A stretch of 63,660 bases of DNA, counting the filler, from Albugo candida (Eukaryota), in assembly GCA_040437565.1 (NCBI GenBank). It is 34 parts of 34 records of this genome, joined end to end, with 100 filler letters (N's around TTAATTAATTAA, not from the genome) between each part and the next. Parts side by side here need not be neighbours in the genome. Positions count along the whole stretch, not along the records: positions 9,685 to 11,506 come from JBDOQK010000406.1; positions 11,607 to 13,426 come from JBDOQK010000407.1; positions 13,527 to 15,345 come from JBDOQK010000408.1; positions 15,446 to 17,260 come from JBDOQK010000409.1; positions 17,361 to 19,174 come from JBDOQK010000410.1; positions 19,275 to 21,083 come from JBDOQK010000411.1; positions 21,184 to 22,992 come from JBDOQK010000412.1; positions 23,093 to 24,895 come from JBDOQK010000413.1; 26 more parts are not named here. One strand, 5' to 3'. Under the pieces are notes generated by a model, which saw nothing but the letters and a program-made list of their open reading frames with translations, did no database searches and was not told the DNA's origin. Each line of letters starts with the position of its first letter. Position 1 is the first letter of the stretch. A program made the translations under genes and the position numbers. Positions 11,324 to 24,631 of the stretch are shown here, in pieces.

Positions 11324-11506
11324 TCAAACGCCTCCTCCATGACCACCTCCATGGCCACCTCCACGACTACCTCCATGACCCCCTCCACCTCCACCTCCTC
11401 CGCCTCCGCCACCACCACCACCTCCAAGTCCACCTCCAATACCACCGCCAATGCCCCCTCCAAAACCACCGCCAATGCCCCCTCCAAGACCACCCCCTGC
11501 TCCTCC
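11324..11506 (-). CDS. Glycine-rich protein C-terminus (5' partial)
   Basis: A frame absent from the ORF track reads GGAGGGLGGGIGGGFGGGIGGGIGGGLGGG...GGHGGSRGGGHGGGHGGGV*. Confidence 0.7.
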   Translation of the reverse strand, partial: GGAGGGLGGGIGGGFGGGIGGGIGGGLGGGGGGGGGGGGGGGGHGGSRGGGHGGGHGGGV

Positions 11507-12554
11507 NNNNNNNNNNNNNNNNNNNNNNNNNNNNNNNNNNNNNNNNNNNNTTAATTAATTAANNNNNNNNNNNNNNNNNNNNNNNNNNNNNNNNNNNNNN
11601 NNNNNNGCAAAAAAAAGGTATGAAAGTAAACCTAATAACAACTTGAATATCTCAAGTAGAAAGTGCGTGAAAAATCCTCATGGCAATCTTACGAAACAAG
11701 GTTGATTTCTTTATTTTTATTTTTTTTACTTTTGAATTTAGCTACTATACCAATGTGCCTGAGATGTTTTATTGGAGTATTTTAATCGGAAATCTTGGGA
11801 CTTGCAATTTTGAGGGCGGTATGAGCATTTCGCGGGTTACACAGATTGTAAGTCCGTTCGTTTAAGCTGTAAGATTTTTTGAATTTATTGCCTTATCCTC
11901 CAATTTATTGCCTTATACGCCAATTTATTTCCTTTTCAATCCGTTGTCTCACTATGTTATAGCTCAGCTTGCTGCTATTACAGTGCTATATAGCTTAACG
12001 ATAGCAAATGTCAAAATGTCGACAATTGACTTAAGTCTTTCAAATTACCTGAGTAACAAGACCAAAATGATATTATAATAGATACATCTAGTGTAACACT
12101 CACAAATATTAAAAATAATTTTTTTTTCAATAAAAATGAAAGCGTTCCTGAATCTGTATACTACAAATAAAGATATAGACACAGACATTTAGTTATGTTG
12201 CACCGAATGACAGATCGAAACAGCTAATGCGTATGCTTGCTTAGTTAACAAACAATACTTTATTCTATATAATATATAGGCAAACTGAGCAGCTTAAGTT
12301 TAATCAAATCAGAAAGAGTCGGTGATGGTAACTGTTGCACACTACTATATAGTAATTTAAAAGCAAGAACAAAAAAAAAAAAAAAAGTATAAATACCAGG
12401 GTGATTATCTTATCTTTTTTGAAAAAACTGTACTTCTAAATACTCATAATTTCGGCTTCATTGGCAAATTTACAAACAACCGTTATTGAATACAACTTTA
12501 TTACTACTATACTAACATTTCGTCTAAGACTACTTTAAGTTTCTTACTACAGCC

Positions 12555-13362
12555 ATGACTAAACCTACATATGTTGGACGTGGACGTAAACAAGGCGTCA
12601 AAAACATAATTGTGCCTGATCCAAGACAACGTCGTTTGGAATTTTCATCTTCTAGCGCTCCCACACAAGACCGTCAAACAGATGATGATGTTCCTGTAAT
12701 TGAAGAACAAGAAAACGAAGAGATTGTGACTGCATCTCCTGTTGTTGAGCAGCAGTTAATGATCAATGTTGATAATGTTTCATCTTCCACTTCTACAACT
12801 ACATTGCTTCCAAACATTGAACAAATAGATTTTAATCATGTATGTTATGTATTTTTAAAATATTATTATTGACAACCTCCATCAAAAAATTGTGCTAACG
12901 CTCTCGATTTTGATTTCAATATAGGATGAGTTGACCGGCCTTTCACAAAATGCTATTAACAACGATGATGAAAATTTATTTGATTCTGATGAAGATGATA
13001 TTTCTTCTCAATTCTCAGACGATGATGTTGACCAGGAAAATGGTGAAGACATAACTGAAGACAGCTTCGTAAACAAATATCTTGCAAATATTCAGGAACA
13101 ATTGCTGAAGAGAAAAGGAGAAGCTCCTCACTGTTACGGTCAAGGTACTTTCTGGTATCCTAGAAAAATGCCGTCGTTTGCATTGAGTGACAGCAAGAAT
13201 AGTTTATCTCCTGATGTCTTGTATAGCCCTAGAGTTTTTATTTGGTTACCTCACTTTTTGATCCCATCAAAATTGCGCTGTCCCAAATGTCAAAGTGATA
13301 TGAACGCTGATGGATATACTAAAGATCCTAGAGCCAGAAGAATTGTAGATCAAAATGAGTAA
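12555..13362 (+). mobile_element. DUF6729-type putative DNA-transposon protein, N-terminal exons
   Basis: Phase-0 intron at 12840-12924. GTFWY, LYSPRVFIWLPH, LRCPKC and GY..DPRARRIVD match the DUF6729 pattern. The superfamily is not assigned. Confidence 0.6.
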
Positions 13363-15089
13363 GTAGTAGGCAAAAAATATTGCATTAGCTGATATTTCAT
13401 GCATTCCGTATTAACTTTTGCCCATANNNNNNNNNNNNNNNNNNNNNNNNNNNNNNNNNNNNNNNNNNNNTTAATTAATTAANNNNNNNNNNNNNNNNNN
13501 NNNNNNNNNNNNNNNNNNNNNNNNNNCGAGTTATTTATTATTATATATTGAGGTGCACGTTCCGGATTGAACGGGTTTTGTACAGATTATGGTCACATGA
13601 AAAAAGAAGACTTGGTTTAAGTGATAAGTGAAAGAGTATGTCCTTTATATGACCTACCATTTTGCTGAGCTCCTGCGATAGCTTCACTCTTGGTATTTCT
13701 CTTCCGTGACTTGGGGCAGCCTGCAAACAACGACAATGAACAACTTCTTAACACATAACGCGTCCGCTCTTCTTGCGAGATGTGGCTTGATGGCTTCACT
13801 GTTCTAAATCGATAATACATTGCATGCCGCATCAATGCTTTGTGCCTCATCCGCGACTTTTACTAGACGATTCGGGTTGAATGAGGTATTGAATGTCATT
13901 CTTCCCGGATTTCTTACTCTGCGCCATTGCGTCTTACTCACAAGCGGCTTTCATCATTGCCTATGTCTTTCGTTTGGTAATTCGTTCACTTGTGAATGAT
14001 GTGATTGCCTTTGTTACTTTCCTTTCGAAGGGGTATCACTTCTTCCCACGGTATCACCGCTTCTTTCTGCTCTTTAGCTTTTCATTTCCGATTGGATGAC
14101 TTATCTTCTTCGATTAAATGCTCTTCGAGAGCTTCCAGACGTTGGCATTTAGCTCCCACCGCCACGATTTCATGTCACTTTCACTCCTCTTATTTTGTAA
14201 CTTTTTCGCACGTGTAAGAGCATTGGACGTTTTGACCATTTCTTCTTTTATTGCTTTTTGACTTCGCGGCTTTTTGTGCGTACTTCACGGTTTTGTAAGA
14301 CGATGTGCGAGCATTCGATCACAAAATGTCGATGGAAAGGTCAAATATGTAATTGACTATAGAGATATAGTATCGTATAAGTGATTGAAAAAACATTTGT
14401 ACGATGTACTCACTCATGAATGAGATTGCTGAGATAGTGTCCATGTGTTTGAGTGATCGACCCATTTATTGAGGATTGCTGATATACTTGACAATCGTAG
14501 CCAAAGGGTTAAGAACCAGCATGCAGAACGAGAGCTTACCTACTGACCTTCCATTCTACAATACATTGAGGCAATATTTCGTGGGAGAATCCGCATTCTG
14601 AGAAGCGACTTCCAACCACAATGATTACCCACGGTAGGGTTTTAACGTTTGCTTCTCTTTGCCCTGAAATGAAGTGGAAACATTGAGTAGGTGGATTCTG
14701 TCCAAAAATATTGCCATTTGAGTCCAGAATCTGATAGCTAGTTCCAGTTGAAGTGTCCACACCACCTTTTGGAATGTCCAATAAAATCACTAAATTGAAT
14801 TGTAAGCAGATGACAACCATTCCCTCTAACAAAGCGAAACCAAAATGTTTGCGTCCTTATATTTTCATCGTTACAAAGTATTTCCAAAAGTTTCCATCGT
14901 CGACGGAATGTTTACATTAAAATCCAAATGTTCATCCAATCCAAATACAACTCGTCATGGAACTACACAACGGAAATGCGAACAATCCAGCGGCTTGATG
15001 TCACAACGGTGAACGCAAGTATACGCAAGACGTGCCCACAAGAACCTTTGCACCATCAGCACTCCCAGCTGGTGTAAATAATAATATTG

Positions 15090-15345
15090 AAGGTTAGTCG
15101 GAATCATTGGTCTCGTTTGATTTCGCAGCCTCAGCAACCTTGTTGCAGAAGTGTTAGGAATGAAGGTCGTACTTTATGATCCAGTGCAACGTCTTCCAGT
15201 AGGAATTGAACTCAATCGAACAGCTTGGGAAAAGTTTTATCAATTTCGGACGCTATAACTCTTCATATTTCGGCAACCAAAATGAATAAGAGCACGATCA
15301 ATGTGGCAACGATTTCGCAGAGAAAGGATGAAGCAATACTGGTAA
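15090..15345 (+). pseudogene. D-3-phosphoglycerate dehydrogenase (SerA-like 2-hydroxyacid dehydrogenase) remnant
   Basis: GIIGLV*...VAEVLGMKVVLYDPVQRLPVG, then after a frameshift ISDAITLHISATKMNKSTINVATISQRKDEAILV. This parallels SerA GIIGYG...LAESLGMYVYFYDIENKLPLG...SDVVSLHVP. Confidence 0.7.
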
Positions 15346-18099
15346 NNNNNNNNNNNNNNNNNNNNNNNNNNNNNNNNNNNNNNNNNNNNTTAATTAATTA
15401 ANNNNNNNNNNNNNNNNNNNNNNNNNNNNNNNNNNNNNNNNNNNNGACGTTGGTGAATATGATGATGCTGCTTCGCACAATGATGAAAGCACCTTTTCTG
15501 TATTTCTTTAAATGTATGTAAATATCATCATAAAAGATTATATTTTTCGTATACATGCCTTACGTTGAACGGCGTACTAATGTGAACGAGTAGTGGCAAA
15601 CGATCAGGAGGACTTATAACTTTTCTTTGAATGAAAAAAGATTTTTTTAAATTTATTTACCCTCTTTTTTTCCTTTCCCCTCCTCATCAATCACTAAATA
15701 TGCTTGAATTATCTGGCCTTCATTGTTATAATTTTATTCATTGTGAGTGTGAAAGACGTTCTTATTTGCTTTGTTCCACCACTACAGCGGATAAACTTTG
15801 ATATGTGTCATGATTTACAGGTACCTTAAAGATTATGAGCAAACTGTCCGGTTTATTTTCTAGGCAAAGCAACACACAAATATATAATAGATTAAAGTAG
15901 GTTTGGCGAATTTTTGTAAACACCTTTTCTTTTTCTTCTTTTAAACAAAGAAAGTTGATGATTTTCCAGCAGTTTTACTCATGTTAACTTTGAATTTTGA
16001 AAGAGAAATGACCAAAATTGGATTGGATTCATAAAACGTTACTCGACCAGCAGAAAGTGGAATGGGCAACATGTTGAAGCGAATTAACAACAACAATTTT
16101 TTTTTGTTTCTTCCTTCTTGTATAATGCTACAGTTGGAATGCAAGGGCCGTGCTTAGAAAAAAAACATTTTTTTTTTTTCAGTTCGACTACAGCATAGAA
16201 GCTGCCAATGTCAGAGACCAACTTTCTTTGGCCGCCGTTGTGCTTTTATAATAAGAAGGTGCAAATTTTACCAGAAAAAAATTGGGTTACTTTCAGCTGG
16301 AATTCTTTAGGTGGCGATACTCAGGTGATATAAGAGATTATGTTTAAGTACTTAGCTAAGCAAATGTCATTGATGTATTTCGAAAGAAGTAGCTCTTCTT
16401 CCATTGTATAGCTGCTTAGAAAGCAGGGCTTTGTCACATCTATGTCCAGCCTGTTGTATACTGAACTTGGTGCAGGTATTATTGGTTGCATGATTACATA
16501 ATCATATTAATGCATTTGGACGAATTTAGGTTATAAATCAAGAATAATGTAAACCAAAACAGACACTGGTAAATACACTGTTATTATGTCTTGTTGATAT
16601 GGATTATGATGATATGATATCACTTCGCTTGATGATCCATGCGGTATTATAAGGACTGTTAAGATTTTCAATATGGAACCTTGATTCCAAAATGAGACAA
16701 TGGATTCCATGAATCTATAGGTCTACTTAATAATAGAAACGCATGTTAATTTGTCATAAATTGTGTATACTTATTTCTTTGCTTAATGTATTGACTATAA
16801 ATACAACCTACTTTTTAATAATACAATAAACGATATCTCATTTTTCTGGCAGATTAATTATTTAGTCTATTTCTTTTACTCTCTACTGATATTATCGAAT
16901 TTAACACAGCCATCATCAACAGTATTACTAAACCTCACAAGCTTGTAAGTGATACATAAAATTACATTAACCGTGCTTTGTTTTTATAGAGAGGCTCCAT
17001 AGCTGGTAATGGTACCGGCGGAAATCCACCTACCAATGAACAGAGTTTGGTGGATGGAAATCAACTTGTAGTGGATGCAGAAAACCGAAGTATTATATAA
17101 AAAGTCGAAGAGTAATGCCGCTGTTGCCATCGAAATAAATCGTTTTAATTTGAACATTGTCCACCAAAGAAGTATTGTCAATTGCATTGTTGCTATCGCT
17201 GACCAGTATGCGAGTCCAAAAAGAGATTGAGGTGATTATAAGTAGGTGCTCTTTTTACACNNNNNNNNNNNNNNNNNNNNNNNNNNNNNNNNNNNNNNNN
17301 NNNNTTAATTAATTAANNNNNNNNNNNNNNNNNNNNNNNNNNNNNNNNNNNNNNNNNNNNTATAACAATGCAATGATTATTTTTCTAAATTATGGCGATT
17401 TGCACCGAACAGAGTGCATTCACTGATATGTACCGGCTTATAACCACCAACACAGTATATCTGGGCCGATTTTCAGCAACTCTAGTTCCACCATGCTTCC
17501 ACCATCATCAGTAACGTGTGTCAAGATGTGGCTATTCGTGTTACGCGAACAGCGGTGTAGACGACTTGTGTGAAGTAAAAACTTGATCAAAACAAGGATT
17601 TCGTGAATAAGTGGCAGCAATCAGCCGGCACGATTCGGCTTCATGAATATTTACTCAAATTATCATTCAGATGAGCATGATCGTGTTCAAGCAAAACAAT
17701 CAGAAAGAAAAAGTGCGGCGCCAACACGTCTAAATTTTTTGAGTGTCAAAACTCTCGATAAATCATTTATCCTGTGATCTCCTTGAGTTTAACACCATCT
17801 AGATATTGGCATCAAATGAGTTGCAGTATCGTATTGGTCGTACTTTGATTGAAGAGTGCTGCGTACGATGGCTTCAACGTGCAGTACCCTCCGAAAAGGA
17901 TTGTCTCCCCCCCAATTTTTTACCAAATTAAGAAACGAAGACTTTGACTTTCGAAACACGGTACACACACCTGATGAGTCATCTGCCCATGAAATCTGGT
18001 ACAAAACCTCTACAGTATTCAGAGCTGCAATCCAGCAGAGAATTTTTTTGGATGATAATTAATGGTGAAAATAACCTATATAGAGAAAAATACATGCTG

Positions 18100-19160
18100 C
18101 CAGCCAATAGAACCCCCTTTTACTTCAATTTCTGCTTTGATCCTCTCTGTTATGAATTTAACAAGATGCTGTCGCCACTCTGGAGATCATAGCAGACCAT
18201 TCCTGTTTAGGCTGGAGCCATATTTCATCGCTGTTTTTGGCTTTGGTGAGCTTTGGACGGCTGCTTCCATCTTTGCCCATACATTCTCATTGGCATTGAG
18301 ACCAGAAGAGTTTGCAGGCCATTCCGTCTTACCAATGCTGTGCTCTTCACACCATTTTTCGGGCGCTTTTGCGCGATAGATAGGCGCACCATCGTCCGTG
18401 AGTATGGCACTTCCGGCATTGTAAAGGCCTTCTCAGAAACCAGCCAACTCACCATGGTACATTTGTGCGACAAAGTCAGTTGCCTTTCGACGATTGGTGT
18501 CATACACACAAGCTGGATTTTGTTGCTATCTTGAAAGGCATCCCAGACCATCACTGAAAAACGCCCCGACTTGTAAGAAGGTACTAGACAGTCTGATTGG
18601 TACCTCTCATTGGTGGATTTCCAGACCAAAGACCGGCGAAAATGCTTCCCACTTTCAAAACTGGCCTCATCAGGCCAGCAGATTGATTTCCAAAACTCCA
18701 TGGTGGTATTCTGGTATCTTTTTGCAAAGTCCAGCCTCTTAGCAGTGCGTGGCTTCTTTAAAAAGGATATTTAACCCCCACTCGAGCAAAGATACCAGCG
18801 GCATGTAAAGTCTCTCTCACTGGAGTCTCACCAGCTTCAGTTGGCAGGTTGGTGTGGATAATTTCGGCAAAGGTTGAATGTCTTGCACCCTTGGTGCTGC
18901 GGACTAGAGTTCTGACGTCCCTTCCTGGAAGTATTTTTGGCCTTCAGGGCTTTTCTTTGGCATTACTGTGTTTTCTTTATACCTCCTCTCCATGATGCGT
19001 CGTACCTGTCGCTCATTTGTGCTGGATTTGCAGGCGATTTCTGCAACTTTGGTGCCAGCCTGCCTCATTCCAACAATGCGCAAACGTTCCTCGGCTATCA
19101 AAGTATGCTTTTGTGCAGTTTCAGCTATATTTCAAGACTTTTAGGGGTGCGGCAGTGGTG
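18100..19160 (-). mobile_element. Decayed Tc1/mariner (IS630-Tc1) element
   Basis: HTH start MIAEERLRIVGMRQAG, then WPDEASF, KSGRFSVMVW, DDGAPI and WPANSSGLNANENVW spread across frameshifts. Putative 5' end TA|CACCACTG at 19160. Confidence 0.85.
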
Positions 19161-19274
19161 TATACAAATGCAACNNNNNNNNNNNNNNNNNNNNNNNNNN
19201 NNNNNNNNNNNNNNNNNNTTAATTAATTAANNNNNNNNNNNNNNNNNNNNNNNNNNNNNNNNNNNNNNNNNNNN

Positions 19275-21083
19275 CTTCCTTGGTCGAACCAGAAGAATGA
19301 CTTGGATGATAAAGACTGTAAAGAAATATTCTTATCGAATTTGGATGTCATAACCAGCAATATGAAAGAGTTTTCTAAAATTTCTGACGAAAGTATTCTC
19401 AGTTTTATGGAAGAGGCAGATAAAAGACGTGAGGAGGAAGATAGCTCTTTAGATAATGAAGAAAACGCTGATGACCAGCAGCCACCATTAGATGGCAATG
19501 ATCCAGATGACTTCAGAATGTACTCTTTAGATGAGGAAGATAATGCGATATTAAACATTTCAGATAGAAGAGAAACAAATACATCGTCTTCTTCAACAGC
19601 AACGGGTACAGGTGTAAGAACAGCAAGAAACAATCAAATCGAAGACGTTGAATATCACCGTTGAATATCTAAATTAAATATGGAACAGCGAAAATGTTTC
19701 AACCATATTTTAGATTATGTCAGACATGAAAATTGCGATGAATATCCGTTACGTTTGTTTGTTACAGGAGGAGCTGGAACCGGAAAGAGTCTTCTGATCA
19801 AAGCTCTTTATCAGTCTTTAATTCGCCATTACGATATTGATATGACGAGAGACTTGATTAAATCATCTGTTGCGTTATGCGCATTCACAGGCAAAGCAGC
19901 TTACAATATTAATGGACAAACTATTCATTCGCTGTTTCACTTGCCCGTTAATAGAGATGACATACAAAACTTATCGTCTGATATCTCAAATACTCTATCT
20001 GTTGAAATGTCTGAACTGAAAGTTATTATTCTTGATGAAATCAGTATGATAAGCTCCAGACAACTTCTTTGGATTGATAAAAGGCTGCGAGATATTTTCA
20101 ATATCCAAAAAACTTTTGGTGGCAAGCATGTCTTGGTATTCGGTGACTTTTTACAATTGCCTCCAGTTCATGATAGCGCTATTTATTCTGGCTTTCCAAA
20201 AGATCCTCTGAGACATTTACGTGTACTTGAACTTTGGCATGGATTCAAGGTCCACCGCTTAACAGAAATTATGAGGCAGCGAGACGACGCCAAATTTGCT
20301 GTTGCATTGAACAACATGGCTCGGGGGACAATGTCTTCTGATGATATTGAGCTCTTTCAAAGAAGAACCTTTAAAAACATACCAGCAGAGGCAACCTTGG
20401 AAGGAAACTTGGTGAGATTGTTTGTCACAAATAAATTGGTCGATCAATGCAATATCGAAACTATAAGTGTTATGAACACAGAAAGGTATACTTCAAGATG
20501 TTATGATACTATTGTTGGACAAGGAGGTAATGCAATTGCAAGACAAAAGCTATTAGAGTACGCCGCAGATACTAGCTTACCATACAGTAAGACTGGATCT
20601 TTATCTACCGAATTACAGCTACAGCTGGGGGCTAGATATATGATCACTAGCAATTTGGATACATCTGATGGTCTCGCGAATGGTTCTACTGGTTATTTGA
20701 TGAAAGTAGATCTGGGAATAAATAACAGAGCTAGTGCATCAAGTAGTAATGATGATAGTAGTAATCAAAGCACAAACAATGATAAGAAACCTTTGCGTGT
20801 TTGGATAAAAATGGAAAGTGAAACAGCAGGACAAAAGAAAAGAGCTGAATATAGAAATGTGATAAATGCTAATGATAACATATCTAACGACTGGACTCCA
20901 TTAGAACCTATAAGTAATAAGTTTCAAGTTGGAAGAGCAAATAGACAGCTGTTCGTCAACCGTGTTCAATTTCCTATCGTCTTGGCAGAGGCAATTACAA
21001 TTCATAAGAGCCAAGGTGCAACATACAAGAAAGTTGTTCTTGATTTATCCAAAGGAAGTTCGCCTAGCCGATCTTCGCTGTAT
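19275..21083 (+). mobile_element. Helitron-type PIF1 helicase domain with one in-frame stop (19662-19664)
   Basis: PIF1 motifs TGGAGTGKS, AFTGKAA, GQTIHSLF, ILDEISM, FGDFLQLPPV, IMRQRDD, NLDTSDGLANGSTG and QFPIVLAEAITIHKSQG. The upstream ORF at 19302 is in the same frame. Confidence 0.88.
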
Positions 21084-21183
21084 NNNNNNNNNNNNNNNNN
21101 NNNNNNNNNNNNNNNNNNNNNNNNNNNTTAATTAATTAANNNNNNNNNNNNNNNNNNNNNNNNNNNNNNNNNNNNNNNNNNNN

Positions 21184-21280
21184 ACTTAATCTTTCTTAAT
21201 AAAAATCTTAAGTTCGACCTCGTTATTTATAAGCCTATAATATAATCATATTTCATAATCAAGAATCACGAAATATCACA
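21184..21280 (+). mobile_element. 3' end of a 5' LTR
   Basis: AATAAA near 21198. Ends ...TATCACA, followed by a T8 run, 22 nt before the gag ATG. Confidence 0.5.
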
Positions 21281-21302
21281 TTTTTTTTAACGAAGACTGA
21301 AA

Positions 21303-22992
21303 ATGACTAAACAAGATAATACTACCCCTCTTAACCCTGGACAACCCCCTGCCAAGACAGCCGCCTTGGATCCCAAGTACGATATCTTGGATGAAGGACT
21401 TGAAGATGAGGAAATGGAAGAAAACGAACTTCCTGGTACTTCTGGTTCTAAGGCTCAAACCAAACTTGATAAACAAGTATTGGATGACGACGTTACTGAA
21501 AGTAACGATCGTATACTTAGTAAGTCTCAGCAAAAAGCTGTTGAGCATAAGTCTGCTGTTCAACTTGTTCAGTTTCAGGAAAAGCTTGCTTCTTGGGAAA
21601 GTAAGCTTCTATCTGATGATTACTCAGAGGTTGAGAAAGCCGACAAGATGATCCCTATAATCCAGAAACAAATTGATAAATTAACTGGTAAAGGAACTAA
21701 TGTCTCTAACGGGTCTAATGACACCATAAAGGGTAGTCAACCTGTTAACAAAATTAAGGCCATCCCTTCCAATGAGATGCCTTTTTTTCAGCTTGAGGAT
21801 GATCTTCCTGAGGAGAAGACTGATAATAAGCACAGTTATAAAGATGCTGATGCTTTCATTGGCTCATTCGAGTCAACTATCAAGGATGTCTATGAAATGG
21901 ACATCAACAAAGTTTGGAAAAAGTATATTTCCAATGCTTTCATGAAAAGCAAAAATAATAATTATCGTCGCTGGTATAATATTCATATCAAAGATGTAGA
22001 GAACGATGATGTAAAATGGTCAACTATTAAAGATATGATCAAGCATCGATTCAACGAGAATACTGAAATGACAAATATCGACAGATATTTATTCATTAAA
22101 CAAAAAACAAATGAATCATTGCGTGTATATGTTGACAGATTTATGGAATACGGTCAAACATTGCCCGAGGCTGCTAAAAATGGAAGTGAAATGTTTCATG
22201 CGGCTAAATTTATTAACTCATTGACTAATGAATACAGAGATGTAGTTAAGTTATCTTTAAAGAATAACAAAAAAGATGGCGAGGAAAACTATTATCCTCG
22301 AAGCATGTCAGTGTTGTATAATTACATCCAAAAGAACATGGGTGATCTTCAAGAAAGCTTGCACCTCATGAAAAAGAGCTCAAACTCTTCCAACGGTAAG
22401 GGTTTTAAAAGAGACTCTAAGGATGATGAAACTACTGAGGCTAAAAAGTCTAAGTATGATACTACCGACAAAGGTAAGAAAACAGGACAAGGCTCCACTT
22501 GTACCTACTGCAATAACGCCCCCTACTCTCCTGACCACTTGAAGGGTTGTATTGTCTATCTTCAAAGTGATGCATACAAAAACCGTATCATCAAACAAGA
22601 GAAGAATGAGAAGTACAAAAATAATAATAATCCCAAATATGGAAACAAAAAATGGGAAAAGAAGGTACCTATTTTATTTTTACAAATTGATAATGTTCAT
22701 GAAACTAATTCAGTAAATAATTATAGTAAAACCCTGGATGAAATTGAAGAAGATATGAATGATGTCTTTGAAGAAATTGGTGATAAATTAAATTTTGATA
22801 GCAAAAAGTATCATCAAAAATTTAATCCTATTTTAAATAAAAAAATGATTTTAAATCATAACTCAGATGAAAAAATTTTATGTTACTCAGTCAAAATAGA
22901 CGAATTGAGATCCGAGGATCTTTCCCCATATTCTCCGCTTATTACTATTAACAATGAGAATCTAGTAACTTTTATGGATACTGGAGCAACTA
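21303..22992 (+). mobile_element. Ty3/Gypsy gag-protease (3' partial)
   Basis: Gag motif IKQKTNESLRVYVDRF, zinc-knuckle-like CTYC-x8-H-x3-C, and aspartic protease FMDTGAT at the contig end. Confidence 0.85.
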
Positions 22993-23092
22993 NNNNNNNN
23001 NNNNNNNNNNNNNNNNNNNNNNNNNNNNNNNNNNNNTTAATTAATTAANNNNNNNNNNNNNNNNNNNNNNNNNNNNNNNNNNNNNNNNNNNN

Positions 23093-23375
23093 CTTCTTAA
23101 TAGAAAACTTCTTTATAAGCAACTTCTTTACAAGCATTTTCTTATTTACAGGCATCTTCTTCACTATAAGTAACTTCTTTACAAACATCTTCTTCACTAT
23201 AAGCAACTTCTTTAAAAGCATCTTCTTATTTACAAGCATCTTCTTCACTATAAGCAACTTCTTTACAAACATCTTCATTACGAACATCTTTAGAAGCATC
23301 TTCTTCATTATAAGCATCTTCTCTTTTAAAAGCAACTTCTTTACAAACATTTTCTTTACAAGCATTTTCTTTCAA
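23093..23375 (-). repeat. 15/18-nt minisatellite encoding stop-interrupted EEDACK/EVAYS repeats
   Basis: Repeated GAAGATG(C/T)TTGTAAA and GAAGTTGCTTAT units, with TAA codons in the acidic frame. Confidence 0.75.
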
Positions 23376-24631
23376 TAGACTTCGTTACTTTGGTTAAACA
23401 GACAAGGTGACTATGGCATACTATTTTATATTAATAGAAACATTACTACCGACGTTCAATAAATGCGTAATGTTAATTACCTTTTTGTATATAAATAAAA
23501 AAAGCAGAATATAATTCCTAAAAAGAAATTAGAATCAAATCATATTATGCTTCCTACTAATAAAGACTCACCATTGTATGTTTTAGTTTGATATAAACAT
23601 CTAAAAAAATAAAAATACAAGTTAGAGAAACATCGTTTGAACATTAAAGAAAAAGAATACCTTGTTACGCTTCAATATATTCTTCATGCGAAATGTAACA
23701 ATTGAAAATAGAAAACAAAAAGAGAGGCCGAATAAGAAGCAAGAGAAACAAAATACAATAGGAATATCATACCAGCTACAAAAAGAAAGACGAGTAAAAA
23801 TACAAAGCAAAGCGTACCAATTTAACATTCTTCTTTTTGATTAATTAAAAAAAAGGAGTAATCCAAAGAACAATCTACACGTAGAAAGACCAAAAAGAAA
23901 GCACAGGGTCAAGTAAGAGAGTTCCAGTAGCAACTACACAAAGAAACAGATAATACTGAGTAGCTAATTAGTTGAACGATGAGTTGAAAAATGTACCAAA
24001 AGTGTAGTTTTTTTTTTCTTTCCATCAACCATCTATAAAAAAATAAAGTCCTTGTACACTCTCACATTAACTTGTATTTGAAAACCAACATAAACATTAT
24101 ACCTGTTAAAAGAAATAAATAAATATGTGAACAAAAGAAAAAAGTGCAAACCAAAGAACTGTATAATCAACCCTTGGAAACCCATTAAAAAAAATGAAAA
24201 GCTAGGTGAGCACATCTGTAGCAAAGAGCAGCAATCAACTTGAAGTAAACATAAAACTTACGCTAGTTAAAAGAAAGAGAGATATTAGAAACAGTTTGGT
24301 AATAGAAAATAGAAAATATTGTGCACAACCGAAAATCGTTTTAAGAACTGCGAAAAAAAAAACTTGTTAATGACTGAAACATCTGTCGTAAAGAGTGTCA
24401 AACTTTAGTCAAATATATTACAAAGCTATACCAGGTGCATCAAGAGGGAGGTTATTTATAAAGTGAATAGTTGTGTGTTGTGTGTTTTATCAAGCTATTT
24501 TAAAAGAGTGTTTAAACAAAAATGAAAGAAAGAGAAAAAAAAACTGTCATACAAGGGTATTTTTACTGGTATTAGGAAGTCACTTATATTTTTATTGGCT
24601 GTACATATTGGGTTTTTATTGTCAAAAAAAA

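Noticed and set aside
11008-11554. Val/Glu-rich and Thr/Ser-rich ORFs
   Set aside because: They are alternative frames of the Gly-rich coding repeat.
15446-17260. Possible decayed gene on the minus strand
   Set aside because: Only short broken frames, with no motif I can assign.
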